DNA of 64,000 nucleotides from Felis catus (taxonomy: Eukaryota), in the NCBI RefSeq assembly GCF_018350175.1, contig NC_058368.1:78928001-78992000 (forward strand), in the 5' to 3' direction. The notes below the pieces were generated by a model. That model did not search any database, had not been told where the DNA came from, and worked only from the letters and a program-made list of their open reading frames with translations. Both the position numbers and the translations under genes were made by a program. Below are positions 51,349-64,000 of the stretch, one piece after another. Numbering within the stretch: the stretch's first letter is position 1; every line of letters starts with the position of its first letter.

Positions 51349-54300
51349 TAATGTAATTAGACACTTTACAGGATTCAAATATGCTAGAGACAAAGAATTT
51401 TCTTTCAGTGGGCCTTATTTTTGAGATCTCTTTGTATATGAGGCTTCATTGTATTTATGATTTTTCAGTCAAATGAGGAGCACAAGTTAGCTTTTTCTGA
51501 AGAGGCATTTGAAGGATTCTCAATTCATTGAAAGGACTGGAAATACCAGATTGTATTGTTATGAAGATATTCAGCCTTGGTTATGTCACCAAAACTCTCC
51601 TGTGGCACAGTTACAAATGCCCAATGTGCAAAATTAGTATTTTATAAAACAATACTAAGGCTAACGAGATCATGAAACAAATTCAATAGAATCTTTTCAG
51701 CTTATCTTCAAAGATTCTAAATTAAAATATGGAAAAACATTGGAAGAAAAAATATATATCCACATAAGCTCAGGATCTACGCAGGTGTGGATCTTTGCCT
51801 AACAAAAATCTACCATATCCTACCTACTAATATAAGAAGATATTATATACATCTATAAATAATATCTCTAAGACACTCAAACTTTGTTGAAAACTGACAC
51901 CATTCAGCTATTGGAGAGCACAGAATGTGATTTTCTACTCTTTATTTGTATAAACGGAGACTTACAAATTTATACATCTGCCTAATATGTAAAATATTTT
52001 CGTTTCTATTACCAACCTGTCAACATTTTTTTTAATTATAGAAGAAGCCCTCTTCTTCCAGAAAGCCCTCCCTCATCATGACACATAAAGTACATAACTT
52101 CTGTATGTAAGGCTAAAGAATGTCCTCAAAGTGACAGTAACATGTAGTGAACCATGTATGGGAAGCTGCAGGTACCCGCCACCCTCCTTCTCGCTTCTGC
52201 ATCCTTGACTGCTAACCAGTGGTCAGCAGAATGACGTTAATTCTGTCTCTTTGACGACCATCCTTGAGATTTCACCTTGGAGTGATTATTTCAATAGGAG
52301 GACCCTCATCAGTATGAGGGGGAAATGAGAAGGGACATTTCTGACTGCTACTTCTCTTTGATGCCCATAAAAATGAAAAGACATAGCAAGTGTAGGGTGA
52401 AACTTGGGTGTTTACCTACAAATACGCAGGTCTGTGTGGCAGACAAGCAAACCCTACAATAATACCAAGGAAGCTTATTGTTTCCTTCTTAGTACCCATA
52501 ATCCTCTACTGCTCACAAATATCTGAAATATTTGCACAGACCATATTCATATTTCAACAAACATGTATTTGTCTTGTATCCAGGAATCGTGGGGGTAGAT
52601 CCAGATTCTTACCCAACGCTCCACGAGTCAGGTGCATTTTACCACACTGTCCGTGCTCGACACCTTCTGTTGTTGAGGCAAAATGGCATATCCTTCAGGA
52701 GAACAGTTCAGTCTCTCCTGAACCCTCACTGCTGAAGGAATTGAGGGTCGTTTTTAGGACTTTTTCTCCATGTTCTATTTTCTTCTTTAGACACTCGAGC
52801 AAGTTTCCAAGTCTGTAAGTTTGTTTACCAACATTCTTTCATGGTTTTATATTAAATGTTCAGAAAACACAACACATACACATTTTGAAATTTCTGGCGA
52901 CAATACAAATTGTCTTGGTATCCAATCATCTTCTCCTTGGAAAATATCATCTTGCTTTTGAAATAGAGTGGTCTGGCTCTTTGGGAATTGATCACTTCCC
53001 TTGGGGCCTTGACTCTGAGTTGCTGAAACACCCATTAAAGCTTTAAATTCTAGCCTCCAAAGAGAAGGTCTGTCACTGGCCCTGAAATATGCATGCACTT
53101 GCAACATCCTTAACGAGTCCATTTACACTCCCACTGTGTGTCCGTATGGACTCGTGGTGGGGGTTGGGGGCGGGGAACAAGGAGGGGAGTGTAACAGCAC
53201 GTGGAGGGGAATCATGGCGTGATGCTCAGAAGCATAGGTAAAGAAGCAGCTTCTGATCTTACATATCAACATCTTACTCTTCAGCAAATAAATTGAAATG
53301 GAGAATCTCTGATCTTCTTAGTACATCCCGGGCAGGACCAGTCCTCTGCCAATTCCACGTTGACTTTTCTTTTAGGGTGTCTATCCATCCACTTTGTGTA
53401 CCTGTGTATTTTTGTCATCTCGGGGCTCTTGCTGGGGTCACTGGCTCTCTGAGAATCTTGTCATGTACCACACAGTGGACTTCCTTCTCCAAATCTCCTC
53501 ATCAAATACATTTTTCTGTTGGTAACAAGTCTCTCAAGGTGTTAGTGACCCAGGGAGTTCGCCTTCCTAGTTCCTTCCCAGGCCTCTTTCTCAATCAGTT
53601 CTTTCTCTCCTCCTTTCCCAGGGAAGCTATCTATCTGCTTGTTCCAGAGATGGTGCTTTAGTTGCCAAAGGGTTCCCGAAGGTTCCCCCTGGTGTGTGAG
53701 CCCCCACCGAGCCTCCTTATGGCTGCCACTTCCAAACTTTCTTCTCTAGGTGGCCTTGGAAGGATCTCAACTTTTGCAGCCCTCAGATATCTATATATAG
53801 TTTTTACATTTCCTTTACCATGAACAGGCAACTCCAAGAGGCTTAGGACAACTAAACTATTCCAGCTACAAAGAAATGGCTTTCTGTTGGCCAAATCAAT
53901 AGCATCACGAAAGGCCTGTGATGCTACGGTTTGGTGACCTCAGGTAAAAATGCAAACTGAATTGCTAGAGGGGTCAGTATTGATCCCTTCACTTCCTGGG
54001 AAGAATTATTTTTATGGTATTCACGTTTCCAAGAGCACACTGAGTTGATGTGAAGAATTAAAATATATGACAGAATAAGGTAAATAAACAATATAAATTG
54101 CCTTATTTTTAAAGGTAGATGTGACACATGAACAGAAAACTCTTCTAGGAAAGAAAATATAAACAGCACAGCCCAGGGTAAAAGTTCTTCACCTGATGTG
54201 TAAACCATGTGGGCACAACGGTGTTCTGTTGTGCAGGGAACAAACTGTTAGGGCTTAAGAAGTTCTTTCAAGCAGCCTTTTCCTTCACGTGAGATTAATT

Positions 54301-54884
54301 TTAAGTGGTTGCTTGGGCATGACTTTAGCTTCCTTGTTTGACAGCTACGAGCTATCAGACTTCTAATTTGAATTTTACGAGGTACAGCTTCCATATTTAC
54401 TTTTTCTAGGTCTTGATATTATAGTCACTTCTAGTTCCTGCTGAATAGGAGTTTTCTACAATTTTTATGACTCAACATGATTGTAGATTCTGTTTCTGGA
54501 TAAGTTACCTGACCCACCATAAATATAAAGTGGTGGATATGGGGTATAGGTCAAGAAAAAATACCTCTCCTTTAGTTAGTAATTTTATGTTTCTTATTGA
54601 GATGAGAAATACTTTTTAATAACTTCAGTGTTTTAAGGACATTATAACACACTTTTTAATTTATTTATTCAGTATCAATCAATTATTAATCAACCAATAC
54701 TGTTTAGGGCCTACATTACATCAAGAGTTTTGTTAGGCGTCAGGGTTACAATAGTGAGCAAACACAAGTGTGTATTAAAAGTTTATATGAACGTAATGAA
54801 AATCCAAATGAGTGTACGTGAACAATAACAAAATCATAAAATTGAGTAAAAGACAAAGCATAACTATCTCTTCTTGATTTCCAG

Positions 54885-55085
54885 AAGCCATCTGGATTTC
54901 TCTCTTTGTTGGATGAAGAAAGTCAAATGATGTGGTCGATGGAACCAAATCTTCCCAAGAAGCTACAAAGTCTCCTAGAATCTTCAAACACAAATGCAGT
55001 GTATTCCCCCATGAAGGATGGGAACGGTAACGTTGCGCTCAAAGATCGGGGTGCAGCGTTCAGAGTCACGCACTATGCGGGAAGG
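54885..55085 (+). CDS. MYO16: MYO16 internal coding exon [68 protein letters not shown]
   Basis: TTTCCAG acceptor ending at 54884; donor AGG|GTAAGT at 55086; 201 nt, phase 0 to 0. Myosin 'KPxG..LLDEES' and 'F.V.HYAG' motifs. Confidence 0.96.
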
Positions 55086-55869
55086 GTAAGTCGAGTGGAG
55101 GCACGATGTTATCACACGCGGTAATGGACCAAACGTCTTGAGGACAAGCTTTAAAGTTTTAGATATTTTAGAATTTATTATTTCAAGGAATGAAAGTTGG
55201 GTGAACAACCCACACAGTTTTACTCTTCTAAGCTATTTTATTTTAACCTGACGAGGACGTTGCGTCTTCAGAATGTGGGTGATAAAGCAGGCAGTCAGAT
55301 CCTTCCGTAATGTTCCCCAGATTGTAACATAATGTGAGCACAAGGGCCTTGGATTCAATACAGAGAGGTCTGCTCTGAACTGTGGGATCCTTTCATTATC
55401 CAAACAAATATTGGTTTTCTGAGTTGACTTATCTTCAATATAGTTTTTAGCATTGTATTATTTTTCTTAAAGCACGCATCACCCTGAGTAAAGAAAGATG
55501 CCCTCACGCTCTTCTCTCTTAAACACCTTCAAGGACTCCTTCTACCTGTCTAGAAAAACCTCCCCCCTTAGGCTGGGCTAATATCCCAGGCTTCTCTGAG
55601 CTGATGCCAGTCATTTGAGCCATGGATTATCCGTCACAACCCCCCTGTGCAAAACCTCTGTTCAGTTGACTTTCTCCAATCCACTCACTGTTTCCTCCGC
55701 GTGCCTCCCGGCTTACACTCCTTCTGCTCAAGCTTGAACTATCCTCCTTGTCTTCTTCACAAGGTCACATTGTAGCCACCTTTTGAAACTTAAATCTACT
55801 TCCCCTTACCTCTGATCCAGCCCCCATCTGTGGTTACTATTTCAGTAACCACAGTGTATTTCGGATCAT

Positions 55870-56200
55870 TTCAGCCAGTGTTTTCACTGAGATGCTACTA
55901 TGTGCCAAACCCAGAGTATTAGAGAACCAAAGACGAATAAACCATATTCCTTGCCCCCAAACATCTTACTCTCCATAAATAAGGAGAATGTAAAGTAACA
56001 AATAATTATGATAGAATTTGCTTATAACAACCCTGGTAACAGTAACAACGTTCTGTATTACCCTGGAGGAGGAAGTAATCATTTGGCTCCCAAAGAAAGT
56101 GCAGAAATATTTCCCGGAGGAGGGAAAATGTGACCCAGGCCTTCGGGGATGAGTTACAGTTCAGTAAGGATAACAGGAAGGAGGAGTGCCGTGGAGGCAC
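55870..56200 (-). mobile_element. LINE-2 3' fragment
   Basis: 'actgagatgctactatgtgcca...agacgaataa...attccttgcccccaa'. Confidence 0.6.
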
Positions 56201-57504
56201 AGACTTTTGAAGGAGGATGACAGGTGCGTCCCCTAGGATTCGGTGGCAGAGGGGCAGAACCCACTGTAGCACTCAAGTGGAAAATCATGTGGTGTAGGAA
56301 AATAGTTGTCATGAGACTCTCAGTGGGACCTTGAGGAATGACTCAAAACCCCGGCACAGGACGGGCCTTCCAGCATGGCCGTGACCTCGTCTTCGATCAG
56401 GAAGCTTCCAGCCAAACTGAGAACCTGCTGCTATGGGAACTGACTCTCAGTTCCTGCTACCGCCGACACCAGTCAAGTGCCCGTCCTCTGGCACTTGAAC
56501 GTGGAAGAATCCGGTGACCCAGGGACCGGGCCTGGAGATCTCCACGCTCCGTGATATGCTCATCAGGCACAACAGAGAGGAAGCATGAGCCCCAGCACGT
56601 CTACTTTCTGAGTCTGTTGGAACCGTGCTGTGCCAGGCCGGGGGAGGCTAACGAGCAATCAGACACTAGCTGCAAAGAAGTCTGGGAATGTTCCCTCCTT
56701 CTAATGTGTGCAGTACAAGAAGGAAGCTATTCCCGAGAGTGCCAGGGGCCATTCTGCCATGTCCACACACGCTGCATTTGGGAAATGGTATAAGAAGTGC
56801 AGGTAAGTCTGTAGAGATTGGCCGCTTTTAGCCAAATCATGAAAAAACATGCATGTACTTCTCAGGACTCTGTCCTCTTGGCAGTGTTAACTCCCCAGAT
56901 ACTTTCAGACAGCGTGGGGGATGAAGAAAGGACAACAGAGGACACGATACGTGACAGATTTTGGGGGAAAGGAAGGGAGCCATGGAAACGCTCAAGCAAG
57001 GACCGCATCGGATGATAGCAGAGGCACACACAGGTGGTGTTCTCTAGGGGACAGCGGGATGCTGACTGACAAGATGTCCAAAGCAGGAGAGGAGCCATCG
57101 CTTGAAGGGACAGAGGTCTCTCCCCCCACTGATGCACAGACAGTTCTAGTGCTGACCATGAGAGGAAACCCTGGGGAATCAAGGGGCAGCCTGGAAGGAA
57201 AGCTATTCAGGGCAGATGTTTCGAATTTGAGGTTTTTAATAGCAATGTCAATAGGATGCAACAAATAAAATAAAAGGGGTTGGCTGTTTTTAGAAACCTA
57301 GGCATAGTTTTGGAAATGTGTATCTTGAAAATTTCACTCAAGAAGAGTATGGAAAAGAAGAAACGTAGTAGGAAAGAGAATCCTGACGACCGAGAGAAAA
57401 GGAGGGGGAATGGGGTCAGCAAGAAATAGACCTGAACAGGCCAGGTGGGCCAGGAGCACCCTGGGCGGACGTTGTAGCAGCATGGCAAGGTGTGATGAAC
57501 CGAG

Positions 57505-57509
<5 letters not shown>

Positions 57510-57544
<35 letters not shown>
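57510..57544. repeat. (CA)n microsatellite
   Basis: About 17 CA units. Confidence 0.92.
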
Positions 57545-57547
<3 letters not shown>

Positions 57548-57606
57548 TCCCAGAGTGTTATTAACTTATTCACTATCTTTTATATTTGAGAGAGTTAGCC
57601 TTTAAA

Positions 57607-57823
57607 ATTTATTTTATTTTATTTTTTTGGAGAGAGAAAGAGTGCGTGTATGCATGCACACAGGCACAAGCAGGGAAGGGGCAGGTGGAGAGAGAGAATC
57701 CCAAGCAGGATCCTTGCTTGGTGTGGAGCTTGACTCAGGGCTTGATCCCCACAACACTGGGATCATGACCTGGGCCGAAATCAAATGTCGGATACTCAAC
57801 CGACTGAGCCACCCAGGCGGCCC
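57607..57823 (-). mobile_element. CAN-SINE
   Basis: Antisense head, body and tail. Confidence 0.88.
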
Positions 57824-59807
57824 TAATTTTTTTTTTTAGAACAGTAGCAATCTTCTAGTCCCGTATTTGAATTCTCTAATATATATTTTCTTCATATCTA
57901 GCATTTATTGAATTCATAAGCTTTAAATGAAATGCTACAATAAGATATAACTAGTGATTTTGGAAAATTATTTTCCTGTTTTCTTCCAAGTGTCATGGAA
58001 CCTATCTTAAGTCAGTCTATACCTGACCAGCCTCCTAAGTCTGTATGTATAGAATCTTGGAGATGTATTAGATTGTTTGATAAACACCAACTGCATTAGA
58101 CTAAACAAGACCAAGCTTTGGAATAATATTTTGTTAATTATTTTATGTTTGCCTCTAAATATTATTCTACAAGCTCTTAATAGAATTTCAGTTTCAATTG
58201 TGTTTTAAAAATTGGGGGAACAAACAATGAATAGTTTGAGTAAGTACAGTTATTTCATTGAGCTCTGATAGCAATAAAGCAAAGCAGAGCAAATCAATCG
58301 ATTAGCCGCCACAGGGCCGAACCCCGTGGAATCATGAATTTTTCTGTAAAAGTGCCTTTATGTTTTAAGCAGGATTTTCCACAATTGGAGTCAATTTTGT
58401 GGTTTTATAAAAATCTCTCATTTCACTGAGATCTCCTAATGAGTCTTAGCCCAAGGACTCCCTAAGGACTTGTTCACATGTTGCAGTATAGATTATATGT
58501 AATTTGTGGCAATATGTCAAGCCATATGCCATTCTAATCATCAGATGTAGCTACATATACTTAATTTTGAGCTATTGCATTTTCAAGAAAAGCAGCATAT
58601 TCCACATTTTATAAATCAAGAGACGTCGCAAAGAGCTCATTGGTTTAGAGACTGTATGCAAGGTCTGTTTTGGACGGTAGTATGAGCGTTCCTAAGCAGC
58701 CCTTTGGTGATCAAGCTGACCCAAGGAAGAGCTCAATGGTTCTGGGGTCTTGAATTTCTTTGTGGCCTCTTCTCTGGCCAGATGGGTGGGCTAGAGCATC
58801 TCTCCCATCACCACCTGCCCTTCCATGACTGGTTTACCTGGTTTTGTTAGTGGAAACTTGCCCCTCACGAGAAGGATGATCATTAAGGCTGGTAATGATA
58901 TTGACATCTAGCCCCCCAGGGTGGACTCACCCATCTGACTGTTCTACTTTTAAGTACAAGATGCTGCCATGCTTCTGAATCTTGTCTGGAGCAGAGGCTC
59001 ATAGGTCCTTTTAGAAATGTTTAAGAAACACTATTTGAATGATAGCTGAAGATCTTTCCTAAACACATTTGAATTTTTCATTACTCATAGGAGCCTGGTG
59101 TATTTTCCAATCTCCATTACAGAAATATTTTAAAGTAAATGGGAAGAGGTTGCGCATGAAATATTAACAGGGTCTCATTAAGGAGCATGAATCTGAATTA
59201 AAGAAGGCAGCGGGGTTTTTTGTTGTTATTTGTTTTAGCAAATTTTAAATCGTATATGGATTAGCTGTTTTAGGAATTGCTCTTGAATTTCCACTGGTGA
59301 TTTAAATGATGGATAAGCATTAAATCCAGAAGTGTGTCTAATTTTATTGGCTTTTAAAATTAAGAATCTTGAAAGAAAGAAGAATTATGATCTGGAAGAA
59401 GGCATTGGCTCTCAGGAAATTTGAATTTCCATTAAGGTGATTCTGAACTAACTCTAATGGGAAATAGTATTTTGAAGGTCCTAAATTTTAATGTAAGAAA
59501 AGTGAATAGATTAGGAGATACTAAAGCAATCTGAAGTAATAAAAATTAAATTAATGAAAATACAGGTCAAAGTAATAGTTATAAAATGTGTGATACCTGC
59601 CTATCTGACCTTTGTTGTCTGCTCATAAGGCCTCTGTCTGAAAGTTGTTTATTGTGATAATTTATTGTATGACAAAGTGATTGTCTTTGGATCCCAGATA
59701 AGTGTCCTATTATGTGAGTGGCCTGGTTTATACAAATCAAGTTGGTGATACTGTTCTTGCCTGAGATGATGTGTCTGTGTTTCAGCCTCCTTCTCTTCCT
59801 TAAATAT

Positions 59808-60100
59808 TGTAGTGGGCTGAACAGCAGCCCCCAAAAGATATGGCCATGTGCTCATCCCTAGGATCTGTGAATGGAATCTTATTTGGAAAAAAAGATCTTT
59901 GCTTATGTAATGAAATACAGGATCTTGAGGTGAGGAAATTAACCTGGATTATCTGGGGGAACTCTAAGTCCAAGGACAAGTATGCTTATGAGGCAGAGAG
60001 ACTTGAGAGAGAAAAGGAGGCCATGTAGATGTGGAGGCAGGGAATGGAGAGTTGCCAGCACAGGGCCGGGAACTTCAGGGCCATCAGAAGCTAGAAAAGG
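59808..60100 (+). mobile_element. MaLR LTR 5' part (MLT1C-like)
   Basis: tgtagtgggctgaa...cccccaaaagatatg...tgtgaatg...cttatttggaaaaa...gatcttgaggtgag...cctggatta...cagaagctaga. Confidence 0.8.
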
Positions 60101-60435
60101 TGGAATTTCTTTACCACATTTGATTCATTTGAAAGTGAGCCCTACCTTTCTCCACCTCTCTTTTTGCTCATGCGGTTTTCTTCACCTGAGATGCCCCTTT
60201 CCTATCTTTCCAAACCTTATCCGTCTTAGGAGCAAGTTCTTAGCCTAATCCAGATGTCATTGATCTCTCCCTTCCCTAATCAATAGTGATGTCTGATGCT
60301 TGCGTAGCATTTTCTGATGATAACGTGCTCCTGAGACATTATCACCACAACCTCGTGTATAAACATTGCTGTGTCAGTTTTCGAGGTAAGTAAGCCGTGG
60401 TGAAGTTCAGAGGTTCATCAAGGGTTGAACAGCTT

Positions 60436-60735
60436 TGCATGAGTCTCCTGGGGTTTCCTTAGCAAAGTCCTACATGCCGGGTGGCCTGACACAGCAGAAA
60501 TTGATCCCCACTGTTCCAGAGGCCAGAATCCAAAATCAAGGGTCAGCAGGGTTGGCTCCTTTGGCAGGGTCCAAGAGAAATATGTTCCAGGCTTCTCTCC
60601 TGGCTTCTGGTGGTTGCCAGCAGTCAACGGAGCTTGGCTTGTAGACACAACTCCCAATCTCTGCCTCTGTCTTCACGTGGCTTCCTCTCCTCTTCTTTAA
60701 AGATGCCAGGTGTTGGATTTAGGGCCCACCCCATC
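60436..60735 (-). mobile_element. MaLR LTR 3' part (MLT1C-like), opposite orientation
   Basis: acagcagaaatt...gaggccagaa.tccaaaatcaagg.gtcagcagggttggctcct...gcttctggtggttgcc...cttggcttgtaga...actcccaatctctgcctctgtcttcacgtggc...ttggatttagggcccaccc. Confidence 0.82.
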
Positions 60736-61528
60736 TTATGATGTAATCATACCCACGTGTTTCCCCATCTCCACCATGGTGTGTATGAATTTCTTAAAGT
60801 GTTCGTTGTCTGTAGTCATAGAATCCATGTGGTGTGGTAGAGAAGATACCCAAGGTACATGGGGACTCCGTGGCCAGGACTTTGAGGAGGACAGACACCG
60901 ACCCTCAGCTGCCACATTCACAAAGTTTGTAATTAAAGAGAATATCACTGTTAATCTCATAAACCTGTTCTGAAGGTCACGTGTTGGGCAAGAAATCAAT
61001 GCACGTGTGATTACTTTGAGATGTTGCATCAAACATGAGTCATATTTCCCCACCAATAGCTGAAGGTCTCCCCGTGAAAGAGTGCCACTGTATTTAGCAG
61101 AATTTTGAACTCCTCAATAACAGATAATGAAGAGAAAATATTTCCTGGATCTTCTCATCAACTGGGTGTATTTTCAGATGAGACTATTAGGAGCCCAACT
61201 GACTGGCTCAAATAAAGTGAATGATAAAATGTCTTTCAGTGGTTAAAAAGTACGTTTGTTAATTTTTATATCTTAGTAATGTACTCGGTGCATAAAGCAA
61301 TGTTTTGCAAGTCATGTTAGATTATTTATTTTTATTTATTATAGTGTAATTAGTATCACTTCAGCAGATGATAGGGAAAAATGTAACCAAAATTCTATTA
61401 TGGTATTTTCTTGTTCTTCCTATCGTGCTTGAAAAACTTTAGTGGCAAGTAAGTGCAGAAATAGAGCTATTTCTGTACCTGTGAAAATTGTAGTAGAAGA
61501 GAAAACTTTTAGATAATGTTCTTTAATT

Positions 61529-61747
61529 TAATGTTTATTTTATTTTTTAGTTTTTTTTTAATGTTTATTTACTTTTGACAGAGAGACAGAGCATGGGCGG
61601 GGGAGGGGCAGAGAGAGAGGGAGACACAGAACCCGAAGCAGGCTCCAGGCTCTGAGCTGTCAGCACAGAGCCCGACGTGGGCCTTGAACTCACGAACCGT
61701 GAGATCGTGACCTGAGCTGAAGTCGGATGCTTAACCAGCTAAGCCCC
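61529..61747 (-). mobile_element. CAN-SINE with an ~11-bp deletion in the head
   Basis: Antisense body and tail. TSD tagataatgtt. The head reads ...gctaagcccc instead of ...ctgagccacccaggcgcccc. Confidence 0.9.
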
Positions 61748-64000
61748 TAGATAATGTTTTCACTTACATTAATGCGACATCCTGTTTTTCACCAAATATA
61801 CAGGTTATTTTCATAAGTAGCTCTACCTTGATCTCAGAATTTTTTGTAAAAAATTATGTTCTTTATCATTTAGCTTTATGACTAATATTTTAATGGAGCA
61901 AAGAGGCATGTGAAGTTTTACTGCAGATGTTAGAAGATCCTTTCCATATTATCTGCCTTAAGGAAATTAAAGCATTCTCTGCAACTTGTATGCTACATAT
62001 TATATGATGTAATTTTATGACAGATTGAAAATGTATTGCCCCCTTATATAATGTGCTGGCAGATGTGTCTTTCTGTGGGTAGATTTTGATTATTTTCATC
62101 CGGATTCTTTTTCCATCCCCTAAACTGCATCCCTGCAGGTAAAATTGTAATCCCAGACACGTAGACCTTGATCATTAGTGTTCGTGTCACTGATTTCTAC
62201 AGGCCTTTATGAGAAGCTTTATGAGAGCCATATTACTAAAACATTGCTGATGGAAGTGATGTGAGGGAATGATGATGTTACTGATTTGTGGCCAGTCTAT
62301 AAAGCATCTGAGTGTTTTCTTTTTTTTTCCTTCTCCTTGAAGAAGAGCTACCCCTGTCATTGAATAAACTAAAATTGAAATGTATCAGGTAAATGGATGC
62401 TGTTACTCAGATCTCTGGGAAGTCAAGATCTTTGTCTCAGGGACACCGCAGGAAACTCCAGGTGCTGGAGTGATGACAGCCAGCCTCCTCGCCCTTAGAC
62501 ATATTTACGTAACATGTATGCAGGGGAAATCTTAGCCTGTTTGATTTTCCCATTCCACCTGTACCAGGAACACCTTCTGTAGCTTGTCAGCTGGCCTTCA
62601 CCCCAGAGATTTGTGGGAGACACAATGTGCCCCAGAAGGCTCGGAAAGTGAACCTTTAAATCAAAAGAAAAAGGAGGTGAACTAATCAATAGGGAGCCAT
62701 CCATTCATCTCCCTTTCTTTTCTCCAGGCAGAATCCCCAGACATAACAATGAAATCTGTCTGGTCCAAGCCAAACTGGTGCTGTTGAAGGATATTTGACA
62801 AAGATATCTTGAGCGACACAGGATGAACGTAATTTACATCTGTGTTTGTTCACCTCTGGGTCAGCCTTGTGGAAAAATAAAAATTAACTCCACAAGACTC
62901 CTGGTGCTCTGTTGCTCGTATCAGTTTTGCCTTCGGCATAAATTTTTGTAGGAGACATGATAAACGTTTCCTGATCCAGGGTTTTGTCTGGAAGAGAAAA
63001 TGCAGGATCTCATTTAGGGAATCTTGCTGTTTCTTCAAAGATTTAATAGGTTTTGCTGTCTTCCTGGACTGACAGAAAGTTATAAATAAGTAACTTTAGG
63101 TTTCCTAGACTATTGATGTCTACTCATTAGTTGATTGGTTTTTTTTTTCCCTTGGAAGAAACCATTGAGGCTTATTTGTAAGTTTCAGGTATAGAAATTT
63201 CAAGACAATGTCTATATTCAGATTCCAGATAAGGACCCTTAACAATTCTACTATGTGCTCCTAACTTTCTTTATTAGTATTTATGACTTAAAGTCAATCA
63301 GAATGTAAGCAAGCATTACTGTTAGAGAGAATCACTTAATGGAAAAGTAAAAAACAGAAGCCTCTGCCTATAAATATTGATGGCCATAGAGAGATCAATT
63401 TACCGCTACACGTGAAATCGAGACTCTTTTCAGCAAACCTCAGATAGAAAGCTGAAACCACACATGAGAAATTATCAGACCCATTTGTATCTGCCTGAAG
63501 ATGATCTTTACTTTCTTTTCCTAAAACCCAATCTTTACGTCCTTTCTGATGTGACGTACTGGATTCAAGAGTATATTCCAAAGTTGCGCATTTTTGTCAC
63601 TTGGTAATCCCAACCACGTCTTCTCTGGAAATTATATTTTGCATCATGTAAATAACATGGTAGAGAAAGGGATTGTAAATTTGAGAAGTGGATTTGCTTG
63701 CATTCCGCAAATACCAGTGTTTCCCAGGAGAGTGTTTTCTGTCGCCTTCTAGGACTTTATACACCCTCATGATTCAGTGTCGTGCATGAGGTGACTCCCG
63801 AAACTCCCGTCTGTTTGTCTGCGGGCTTCACGCCTGCGTATGTGCGAGTTAGGACCTCTCCTTGGCTGGCGTCTTCAGTCGAGCCGATCCAGAAGTGACT
63901 GCACGAGATTCCCTAGCTACCTCCCACACCCCCCTCCCTCTCAACCCACTTCAAAAACATAACACAGTAAAACTGATTTTCCATATTTGCCTCACTTGTC

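Noticed and set aside
55086..64000. A further MYO16 exon (expected to begin V-x-Y...KNKD)
   Set aside because: No such coding segment with splice sites was seen. The next exon probably lies beyond the window.

Overview
Eukaryotic mammalian DNA, almost certainly from a felid, because it is dense in cat-type CAN-SINE (SINEC_Fc-like) elements. The window lies inside one + strand gene, the unconventional myosin MYO16. Seven internal motor-domain exons can be read directly: 3042-3153, 6334-6451, 7256-7327, 9899-10040, 35036-35108, 51187-51339 and 54885-55085. All have AG/GT boundaries and compatible phases. They join into one uninterrupted 871-nt frame containing switch II (DIFGFE), the relay helix ([11 protein letters not shown]), LLDEES and the HYAG motif. 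The rest (~98.6%) is intron: 27 CAN-SINEs (many with target-site duplications), old L1/L2/MIR fragments, MaLR (MLT1) LTRs, hAT-Charlie MITEs (MER3, MER5-type) and microsatellites. Nearly all ORFs in the supplied track are spurious. I found no evidence of a new gene system. The best leads are hypotheses: a 444-nt frame-closed four-exon block flanked by inverted SINEs (candidate stop-less circRNA), an intronic hairpin holding two AP-1 sites and a masked 5' splice site, an RFX X-box inside a coding exon, and several young or compound SINE events. Gene and repeat family names come from recall, not a database search, and repeat boundaries are approximate.
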